A stretch of DNA of 64,000 bases from a virus, in IMG/VR virus record IMGVR_UViG_3300036766_000806, positions 27,048 through 91,047 of that record. The stretch is one strand, 5' to 3'. Every line of letters starts with the position of its first letter. Within the stretch, counting starts at the first letter, position 1. The translations under genes and the position numbers were made by a program. A model generated the notes under the pieces. It saw nothing but the letters and a program-made list of their open reading frames with translations. It ran no database searches and had not been told where the DNA came from. Shown here in pieces: positions 41,774 through 49,882 of this stretch.

Positions 41774-42073
41774 ATGAAACAAGTTGTAAAAAATCTGCCA
41801 AAGAGGGAATTCATAAGCTTTGACCAGTTATCCATTCGGGCACCCATTGGGATACGAGAGACAACCAGCGGGAAGAAATACATTCCTTCTTTTGTTTTGC
41901 AAGACCGCTTGACAACTCCAACTTGGAATGTAAGTTTTGTCAGTTCTTCTAATTATGGATGGGATACCAAAAGGGACGCTACCCAGCTAATGAGAGAAAT
42001 TCTGGATGATAGCAGAATTGAGGTTTTTGCGTTTGATACTTTACAGGAACTAGCCAAATGGCTTTTGGAGTGA
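41774..42073 (+). CDS. hypothetical protein, paralog of 61665-61970
   Basis: MKxVV start; VF.F...QEL..WL end shared. Confidence 0.7.
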   Translation: MKQVVKNLPKREFISFDQLSIRAPIGIRETTSGKKYIPSFVLQDRLTTPTWNVSFVSSSNYGWDTKRDATQLMREILDDSRIEVFAFDTLQELAKWLLE

Positions 42074-42228
42074 GAATATGACTTTTGTAATTGAATTTAC
42101 CGTTAAGCTCAATGGGGGCGTTAATCCAGATGATGTCACCTTTGACATTGATCTTGTAAGGATGACGCCCAAGGATGCCAATAATGAGCCTTGCGGTCAT
42201 GTCACCGGCTATACTACCACTGAGAATT

Positions 42229-43056
42229 ATGAAGAGTGATTCTTTCAAGTGCCCGCTTTGCGGTGCTGTAATGGAGTGGAATTACGGTAATCAAATGCAC
42301 CCTCATGATGAAGCCTTTGGGGTTACTGTGTCTTGTTCTAATAATACGGAATGTCACATGGCTGATTGGGGACACGGCAAAAATGAAAAAGCGGCTTATT
42401 CGATGTTCCGGCAGAAATGTGGATTTGATGGAACGTATGTGCCAGAGCCAGGAGAAGATGAGGAGGAAACCACTGTAATAGCGGTTAAAGTGGCTGTACC
42501 CAAAAAAGTGGTTGCAAAAGTAGATGAAGCCGTTATCGTTAACGCCAAGCCTGACAAGAAAATGGCATCGGTTGAAGGGTTTATCCGTATTGCCAAGATT
42601 CCTGACGAGCCGAAAAAAATAATAGACGTGAAAGCAATCGTTATTCCAATCGGGGAGTTCAGTACTAAAGAACTTGCCGAAAAAAATGGGATCGAATATC
42701 CGCAAGCGTTCCTTCATCTTAAAACCTTACTTGCCAGTGGTGCTGTTAAATGGGTTCGGGATGAACGTAGAAATGTTAAGGGAAAACCAACCCGTCTATT
42801 TATCAAAACGGCTGATTATGTGGCTCCCATAAATACAGGAGAAGTAATGTCGACCGTTGCTCCCCCATCGGTAGCAGTGCTTATGATACCGGAAGGAGAT
42901 TTCAGTACAAAAGATCTGGCGGAAAAAAATGTCGTTGAATACATTGCTGCGTCATTGTTTATTAAAGCATCTGTAGCCAATGGCACAGTGAAGTTTTCCC
43001 GTGAAGAACGAAGAGCGGCTAAAGGACCGATGACTAAACTTTATACTAAGGTCTGA
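42229..43056 (+). CDS. zinc ribbon plus tandem winged-HTH-like repeats
   Basis: Two repeats IP.G[ED]FSTK[ED]LAEKN..EY..A....K.....G.VK..R.ERR..KG..T.L. Confidence 0.7.
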   Translation: MKSDSFKCPLCGAVMEWNYGNQMHPHDEAFGVTVSCSNNTECHMADWGHGKNEKAAYSMFRQKCGFDGTYVPEPGEDEEETTVIAVKVAVPKKVVAKVDEAVIVNAKPDKKMASVEGFIRIAKIPDEPKKIIDVKAIVIPIGEFSTKELAEKNGIEYPQAFLHLKTLLASGAVKWVRDERRNVKGKPTRLFIKTADYVAPINTGEVMSTVAPPSVAVLMIPEGDFSTKDLAEKNVVEYIAASLFIKASVANGTVKFSREERRAAKGPMTKLYTKV

Positions 43057-43301
43057 GGTATTAAACGCCAGTTTTTAACCGTGTGCCGTTTCCCATGAAT
43101 AACGCCACAAACATCGCTTTTTCGTAATTGAAACTTATGAATGAAGTCGTACTGAGTTCCTGTAAATTGCCCTCCAGTTAGGTCATTGGAAAAATTGTGA
43201 ATAGAAGTATCAAATCGAGGATTACCCTTTCCACTAAACATTTTGCTCTGGTAATAGTCTTTGACAATCCCGCTATTGTGGCGGGATTTTATTTTTAGCA
43301 T
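43041..43301 (-). pseudogene. C-terminal DNA-binding remnant of a homing endonuclease
   Basis: GKGNPRFD...FTGTQYDF...GKRHTVKNWR; no nuclease domain. Confidence 0.55.
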
Positions 43302-43412
43302 TATATTTGTTTGGTAATCTTACAGTAGCATATCCCGTGCCAAATTCGGTGAAAAAAACTTTTTTTAATTTCCTCTTGACTTCCGCCTAAATAAGCATAT
43401 AATAGTCGCAGA

Positions 43413-43853
43413 ATGAAAACGCTATTTCGTCTGGAAAGTTTCCCACAAGCGGGGATATATGCTCTTTGTGGCCTGAGCGGAGAAAAATGGAAGAAAATAG
43501 ATGAAATAAGAAAGCTAATGGAGGAACATTTTGGTAACAACTTGGCCGGCCCGAAACACCCTACTCCTCTTAATGACTCTTTGCTTTTCAACAATATAAA
43601 GGCCAAAGGATATAGTACTGATTCTGTATTTTACGGATTCAGTAGTATGGCTCAATTAAGAGCATGGTTTTATTCAGATCCTCTCCTCGAAAAAATGGAC
43701 GAATTAGGATGCACCCTTGCGGCCTACAATGTCTCTTTGTTAATGAAAGGCAATGCTCAGGCTTGCGCTCCGAAATCAGATTGCAAGCCCGAAAATGTAA
43801 AATGGAGAATATCCATCGGGGAATTTTTGAAGTTTTGTATGGGCACCCAGTGA
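43413..43853 (+). CDS. conserved phage hypothetical protein
   Basis: HPTP..D...YGFSSMAQLRAWF; promoter at 43376. Confidence 0.7.
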   Translation: MKTLFRLESFPQAGIYALCGLSGEKWKKIDEIRKLMEEHFGNNLAGPKHPTPLNDSLLFNNIKAKGYSTDSVFYGFSSMAQLRAWFYSDPLLEKMDELGCTLAAYNVSLLMKGNAQACAPKSDCKPENVKWRISIGEFLKFCMGTQ

Positions 43854-43991
43854 AAGGGCTGGGAGAAGCAAGAATACTAGTAGTACCGCCCTCTCGGTCG
43901 TCGGTAAAAGCCCGGCAAGTGCCCAGTCCCAAAAATACGGATTGAGAAAATAATCCCTTGACATTTTCGCAAGTATGTGTATATTGTTTCT

Positions 43992-44348
43992 ATGATTATC
44001 AATAAAATCACTACCGGCTTCGTGATTCAAACCTTCGACACGGAGAAAAAACAATATATCTCCCAGGAATTTATTGCTGGGGATGACGTGGATTATGAGG
44101 ATAAAGAGGAGAATCCAGTTAATTCTAAACTGATGCAATCTCCGGATGGCTCAGAGCCTTATCTGCTTTTTGACATGGTTCAACCGCAAGACATGACCTC
44201 TAACGAGGATACTTGTCCCAAACGTGGATCGTCTATGGAAGATGGGCTTTGCAGTGATGAAACTTGCCCGCTTTCTGATGAGCATTGTCCTTACTGCGGC
44301 AGCGGCCTTCTCAATGACAAAGGAGAATGCCAAATTTGCGGACTATAA
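43992..44348 (+). CDS. hypothetical protein with C-terminal Cys repeats
   Basis: KITTGFVIQTFD...QEFIAGD; leaderless after promoter 43958. Confidence 0.7.
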   Translation: MIINKITTGFVIQTFDTEKKQYISQEFIAGDDVDYEDKEENPVNSKLMQSPDGSEPYLLFDMVQPQDMTSNEDTCPKRGSSMEDGLCSDETCPLSDEHCPYCGSGLLNDKGECQICGL

Positions 44349-44429
44349 AAATACCCCCTTGACATTTTCCTAAATAGATGTATAGTGTAAAGTGTTAGTG
44401 TAGTTAAAACTCAAAAACCAAAACATAGT

Positions 44430-45011
44430 ATGGCAAAGAAAAACAAGAAAAGCAAGAAAACCAAGCAAGTCAGTTCACCCGAAGCCCGTGGTCCTGGTCG
44501 GCCCCAATACACTCCTACCTATCCCAAGGCCAAGAAGTGGACTCTGGCTGACTTCTGTGTAGCCAACGGAGTTAATCCGGAAACCGGCAAAGGGCCGAAT
44601 TGCTCAAAACTGACCTTGATCAAAAACTTGACCCGAGGTCTGTCTGGTCGCAACTCCCTGATTCTCCAGCTTGACGAGTATCGGGAGCCAAATCATGAAT
44701 CGGGCCTTGGCCGCAAGTGCAACGTTTACAGCCTCCGAGAGAAGGCAAATGTCGACACCAGCGCCAAACCTACCCAGGCCCCCAAGTCCGCCCGGACTGC
44801 CAAGCCTACCAAGAAACCCGCCAAAGTCACCAGTACTACAGCGGAGTATGAGGCCACAAAGGCAAGGTTGCTCGCCCCCGAAACCCCGGCTCCCGTCACG
44901 GTGCCTGCTGTGAAGGTTGTTACCCCGACTCCGGCTCCTGCCGAGACTCCGGTTCCCGCTCCTGCCGAGACTCCTACCCCGGCAGCCGAGACTTCCGTTG
45001 CGGCGTCCTAA
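44430..45011 (+). CDS. basic, Pro/Ala/Thr-tailed putative DNA-binding protein
   Basis: K-rich N-terminus, GPGRP, PAPAETP repeats; own promoter and terminator. Confidence 0.7.
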   Translation: MAKKNKKSKKTKQVSSPEARGPGRPQYTPTYPKAKKWTLADFCVANGVNPETGKGPNCSKLTLIKNLTRGLSGRNSLILQLDEYREPNHESGLGRKCNVYSLREKANVDTSAKPTQAPKSARTAKPTKKPAKVTSTTAEYEATKARLLAPETPAPVTVPAVKVVTPTPAPAETPVPAPAETPTPAAETSVAAS

Positions 45012-45026
45012 GCCGCCCTCTCCAAG

Positions 45027-45063
45027 AGCAGGCCGGTTGTTCCTCCCGGCCTGCTCTCTTTTT
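45027..45063 (+). terminator. intrinsic terminator
   Basis: AGCAGGCCGG-loop-CCGGCCTGCT then CTCTTTTT. Confidence 0.75.
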
Positions 45064-45148
45064 GAAGAGCATAAATTGTGCCAAGCCAAAGCCTTTTTCG
45101 CTCTTTTTCCTATTGACTTTTTTTCGGCAATGAGTAGAATGTAAGGCA

Positions 45149-45994
45149 ATGATTAAGCCACAGAAATTGACTTTTGGCATGGGCAATGCCAAACTCGGGA
45201 AGCAGGTGGCCATTTTATCCTTACCAGCGGGACACTCCTGCCTTTTTGCAAAAGTGTGTCAAGCAAAAGCCGATAGGATTACTGGCAAACTTACCGATGG
45301 AAAACATTCCCAATTCCGCTGCTATGCTACCTTATCAGAAAATTTATTTAAGAATGTCCGGGCGTCACGGTGGCATAATCTTAAACTACTTCAAGCACAA
45401 AAGACAGTAAAAGAAATGGCTTATTTGATTGAACGATCTATACCGGACAAAGTAACCTATGTCCGAATAAATGCCTCCGGAGATTTTTTCAATCAAAAAT
45501 ACTTCGATGCTTGGTTACTTGTGGCAAAGCGAAATCCCGACCGTATCTTTTATGGTTACACAAAAGCTCTTCCCTTCTGGATTAACAGAATCAAAGAAAT
45601 ACATCCGAATTTTCGCCTTGTGGCATCGGTAGGTGGTACTCATGATTGGTTGATCGAGCCTCATAACCTAAGACATTCTAAAGTAGTTTTTTCAGAAGAT
45701 GAGGCAAAACAGATGCACTTACCGATAGACCATGACGATAGCCATGTATGGAATTATCACGGCAACTTTGCCGTTCTGCTACATAGTACTCAACCAGGGG
45801 GAAGCCTGGCAGCAAAAGCCTGGCATCAAATCAAGACAAAGGGTAGAGGCGGATATAAGGTAAGCTATTTTGAGCATTATGGGAAATCCAAAAAATCTGT
45901 ATTAGTGTCCGTTATCAAAATTTCAGGAAGAGAAATATTTTCTTCAAGGCGAGTCAAGAATCTTTTCAAGCATAGCAATAAAACTTATGCCTAA
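45149..45994 (+). CDS. Gp88-like phage protein
   Basis: GNAKL...SLPAGHSC...C...CYA; VRINASGDFF..Y..AW; FYGYTK. Confidence 0.8.
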   Translation: MIKPQKLTFGMGNAKLGKQVAILSLPAGHSCLFAKVCQAKADRITGKLTDGKHSQFRCYATLSENLFKNVRASRWHNLKLLQAQKTVKEMAYLIERSIPDKVTYVRINASGDFFNQKYFDAWLLVAKRNPDRIFYGYTKALPFWINRIKEIHPNFRLVASVGGTHDWLIEPHNLRHSKVVFSEDEAKQMHLPIDHDDSHVWNYHGNFAVLLHSTQPGGSLAAKAWHQIKTKGRGGYKVSYFEHYGKSKKSVLVSVIKISGREIFSSRRVKNLFKHSNKTYA

Positions 45995-46232
45995 GAAAAG
46001 AATTCCTTATTATGTGATAGCTGGCTTTAGAACAGAAGAGAATGACTATCTTTATTGGAAAAAGGAAGGGGGATGGGGAGGGGTAGAGGAAGCAACCATA
46101 TACTTTTCTATTCATTCCTGTTTACGATCCCCCCTACCCACAGGAGCCACTGAGATTGTGGAGTTCTCCCCCAATGGCGTAAAATCCTTTCCCATTTTTG
46201 AGGCCGAAAAAAATTCTGAAAAAAGTTATTGA
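45987..46232 (+). CDS. hypothetical protein
   Basis: Overlaps upstream stop; own stop is the TGA of TTGACA. Confidence 0.6.
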   Translation: MPKKRIPYYVIAGFRTEENDYLYWKKEGGWGGVEEATIYFSIHSCLRSPLPTGATEIVEFSPNGVKSFPIFEAEKNSEKSY

Positions 46233-46261
46233 CAATTTCCACAAAGCATGTATAGTTGAAG

Positions 46262-46460
46262 GTGCAAGATGAGCGTTGGATCTGGAAAATGGTTCATGGG
46301 TTCATCCGACATAAAGTGTGAAAGCTGGGCGGTACGTGTCGTAAAATAAAGTTAACTGCCTATTCTTAGAAAAGAAAGCGCCACAGGTGATGGCGAGAGT
46401 GATATGAGCGCAATATCCAAGTTGTCAAAAGGAAATACCTGAGACAATATCACCCCGGAT
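46262..46460 (+). ncRNA. structured RNA / 5' leader candidate (~200 nt)
   Basis: Promoter 46229-46256; several stems and two possible pseudoknots; no ORF. Confidence 0.6.
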
Positions 46461-46467
46461 TTAAAAT

Positions 46468-46746
46468 ATGAAAAGTAAATTTAAACTTGTCGATCAAACT
46501 CCTCAAGAAATTCCCGAAGTAGTTACATGGGATCATGTGAAATCACACGAAGGAATTTGGAAAATTGACGGAAGTTGTTCTGCCAATCTTTTTGTCACTC
46601 TCCGTACAAAAAGCCCCGTCGCATCAATACCTTTGATTACATTGTGGGTTAGTGATTATGCCACATTACCCGCCGATGAAAACTGGCGAGGATGTGATTT
46701 TGTTCCCGTCAGAAATAAATCGCTTTCAATTACATTTTCCCCTTGA
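46468..46746 (+). CDS. hypothetical protein
   Basis: ORF track; stop is the TGA of the next -35 box. Confidence 0.65.
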   Translation: MKSKFKLVDQTPQEIPEVVTWDHVKSHEGIWKIDGSCSANLFVTLRTKSPVASIPLITLWVSDYATLPADENWRGCDFVPVRNKSLSITFSP

Positions 46747-46775
46747 CAATTTCCGAAAAGTACGTATAGTGGAGA

Positions 46776-47525
46776 ATGATTTGACGGCGGAATGAGTAGA
46801 GAATAGCCAACGGTGAGACGCTACATCGTCAATAATTTATTCTTTGAACGTAAAAGTGCGGTCGTGGCATGGATCGAAAGATTCAATGCGAGGATCGAAC
46901 GTGACTAGTCCCGAAGGGGGCTAAGAAAAAATACATTAGCCTTAAATCGTTTTTACACGTTCATTGTTTTGCTCTTTGATTCTGCAATGGTGAATAATCA
47001 AAAGGGAATGTCGGCAAAGCCCAGGACTAGAAACGCCGCACAAAAAATACTCCCACCGTTGCATTAAACAATTTCGGGTTAGCTCCCGAGACACCGCATA
47101 TAAGGGGTGACAAAATCTGCGAGGCTGAACCTTTGTAGATACAAATCATCCGCCCGTTCAGGGGAAAGCGATCCACTATAGGATCGCCGGTGATTGTAAA
47201 ATTTGCCTCTTGCTCCTTTAGTTAACATAACACCTTCACTTGGGGAGTGAATCTTGAAAAAGAATCCGTAAAAGGATTGGCATTCGTCCATTTAATAGGG
47301 TGTAGGAGTGAGTGCGCTGGCTTGCCGCTCCCTTGAAAGCGAGATAGTTCAAAGCCATAAATAAAAGTACCCTCGCCCCGAAAAATGGATATGGGATTGC
47401 CCGTCGTGGAGTCTGTCAGGGAACGGGCAGTCCCTGGTTATAGTCCTAGGGGTGCATGAAAGCCCGGTGATTACAGACAGTCCTTTGGAAACTGAGGATT
47501 GCCTTTAGTCACCGGGCTTTGGCAT
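46776..47525 (+). ncRNA. large structured ncRNA candidate (~750 nt), class unrecognised
   Basis: Promoter 46743-46770; no + strand ORF; more than a dozen helices including nested long-range stems and pseudoknots. Confidence 0.75.
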
Positions 47526-47532
47526 TTATTTG

Positions 47533-47611
47533 ACGAAAAATGGACTGACATAAACCTTATCTTACGAAAAGTGGATTGATATAATTCTTATCTTACGAAA
47601 AATGGATTAAC
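47533..47611 (+). repeat. 2.5 x 31-bp direct repeat
   Basis: ACGAAAA(A/G)TGGA(C/T)TGA(C/T)ATAA..CTTATCTT at 47533, 47564 and 47595 (partial). Confidence 0.85.
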
Positions 47612-47772
47612 TGGCTTTCCGTTTATTGGTATGCTTTTTCCTTCAAGTACTAATAAAATAGTACTTTGTACTTATTAAGCAAAAAATTCAAATGTTCAAT
47701 TGATGATTATTTATATTCCTAAAAATGTTCTTCCTTGTGGTATGCTCGGTGAGATATACTACTGGAAGGGTA

Positions 47773-48730
47773 CTACGTAAGTCTGTTTTCTGTTATTTCA
47801 AAGAGAACTGGAGGTGCTGTAAAATAACCAGAATATGGAATTAACTCACTTTCAATATGAATTGGATCAATGTCATTTTTCACAAATCTAGTGGCAATTG
47901 CTGAATTGATATTATCAATTATTTTTCGAGCTTCATCTACATTACTGCATAAAATTCGTTTTGTGTAATCACCATTATCAGCCATACCGCTATTATACTG
48001 ATAATAATAATATTCTACTTCATACCTTTTCATAGATATCAATGTCTCCCTCTCGTAATTTTATGGCTTCTTTTCAATCACCACAGTTAATCCTCTTACT
48101 GCCTTAAAGGTAAATTCCTGACATCCTACCACTTCTTTCAATTCCCACATATTCATGAACATCATCCTTATAAAGATTTGCCATGTTACTATCAGTAGCA
48201 AATCCTTCTTTATATGTGTGGGATAAATTCTTGACTGCCAATTGAATTATGGCTCTAGCCAAACTTACGTCAGTAACTTGAATATAAACTTTCATGTTTT
48301 GGTTCTTATCGATGTCTCCCGTGAGCTAGGACTTGAATTTGAGGATGAGGGTTCTGAGAGTCAAAGGCTTTGTTTGCTGCCTCGGCTTCATATTCGGAGT
48401 TGCTATTACAAATGACAACCTTCAAATTGGCATCAATATTATTCGCCACTGCTCTAACACATCCATATCTGTTAATAAAAACAACAACTGTTGGATTTAT
48501 GGGAACGAATGCGCTTGCGCTCATGATGGTATCTCATCGTTGCTAAATGTCCCGACAGTAGGACGTTTGCCATCTTCCAGTTTCAAATAGAAAATTGCAT
48601 CGCCCTCATGCTGATTAAGATAAACCTTTTGGGCACGTTTTACCATACCCTCATAAGTTTTAAAAGGGCCAATCAAAGGCTCTGGTTCAACACAACGAAA
48701 AACCGGAATAATATAGTATTTAGTATTCAT
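47773..48730 (-). other. small hypothetical genes (47773-~48030, 48104-48295, 48306-48524, 48521-48730)
   Basis: Collinear minus-strand ORFs. Confidence 0.55.
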
Positions 48731-48733
48731 ATA

Positions 48734-49177
48734 TCAGTAAACACCACATTTGACGCATCGTTCCGTTAATGTGCTGTAAATATGCTCGCCTTTCCTGACC
48801 CGAATCTTGGGAGTACTCTTGGTCATCTTACCCATTGCCGGGATATTGAATTCAAGAAGCTCCACTAAACCATTAGAAATCTTGCTGCGGGAAAATCGCT
48901 TGAATCGGTTCTTGTCATGGACATCCAAGCCAATAACATAGTCTCGATCCATTGAAATTACCCGGACAACTTTGCCGTAAGTAATCCGAGCAAACGATGG
49001 ATTCTTATACGATCTATCTTTTGAAGGATAACAGAAAAAAACCAATGGATTGTTTTCCACGGGAGGGCGAAGAAGCGAATTGATTTTGGAGACCGTTTCT
49101 CCAACGGCACTCCCACCATATACCCGAAGTCCAGCCAAAGCCTCTTCCAGCAATTGTTTTTCAATAGCAATTTTCAT
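48734..49177 (-). CDS. WYL-like domain protein
   Basis: LVFFCYP...RVI...YVIGLD...RFKRFSRSKI resembles the WYL pattern; leaderless. Confidence 0.5.
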   Translation of the reverse strand: MKIAIEKQLLEEALAGLRVYGGSAVGETVSKINSLLRPPVENNPLVFFCYPSKDRSYKNPSFARITYGKVVRVISMDRDYVIGLDVHDKNRFKRFSRSKISNGLVELLEFNIPAMGKMTKSTPKIRVRKGEHIYSTLTERCVKCGVY

Positions 49178-49252
49178 AACGTTGCAATCTTATTATACCC
49201 TTTTCTCGAAGTTGTCAACAACTTTCTTGCTTTCGTTCATATTTATTTGAGT

Positions 49253-49882
49253 ATGGAAAAAATAAGCGGTATTTACAAAATAATAAACCAGACTAATGAC
49301 AAATATTATGTGGGAAGTTCGACTAATATTTCTCATCGGTGGCATGAACATAAAAGAATTTTACGAAGGAATTGTCATGATAATCCTCACTTACAAAATG
49401 CTTGGAACAGATATGAAGAACCTAATTTTATATTTTCAGTAATAGAAGGAGTTAGTATTTCTAACCTCCTCAATGTAGAACAAAAGTATTTAGACATAGC
49501 AAAAAGTGAATCTGACAAATGCTATAACATAAGTTTTGTATCAGATAATCCAATGTTTGGGCGTCATCATTCGGTAGGAACAAAATTAAAAATGCAAGAG
49601 TTAAAAATTGGAAAACGACATACACAGGAACATAATCAGAAAATTGCTAAGTCATTGTTGGGTAATACTCGCAATTATGAAAAAATTCATTCTATTGAAC
49701 AAAATATGAGAAGCTTGCCCTTGAACTGGATATCAACCAGCTTGAAAGTATTTAATCGGGTTCGATTGCTTGGAGCATCCCAGGTTGCGCCCACAATCAA
49801 GAGAGCAGGGTTGGCAGCTTGCCCAACGCAAGTCCATTCAATCGGGGGAGTTGAAGAATCGTTTTTGTCTGTGAATACATGA
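49253..49882 (+). pseudogene. GIY-YIG endonuclease with NUMOD3 repeats; C-terminus deleted, reads on antisense to the next gene
   Basis: SGIYKIIN...YYVGSS...R...H; HLQNAWN; EQKYLD; MFGRHHS; from ~49687 it overlaps the convergent gene. Confidence 0.75.

Noticed and set aside
44604-45213. Minus-strand and alternate-frame ORFs
   Set aside because: Shadows of the GC-rich 44430-45011 gene and its terminator
47021-47447. Group I intron P7 (GGACTA / TAGTCC)
   Set aside because: The halves are ~410 nt apart, GGACTAG has a closer partner at 46905, and no exons are visible; cannot be fully excluded without cmscan
46856-47520. Group II intron (GTGCG at 46856, AGCCCGGTGA hairpin as domain V)
   Set aside because: GTGCGG is paired with CCGCAC in an ordinary stem; the terminal hairpin is too long and lacks the domain V bulge; no RT and no interrupted exon
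47533-47611. CRISPR mini-array
   Set aside because: Repeats are contiguous without unique spacers; no cas genes
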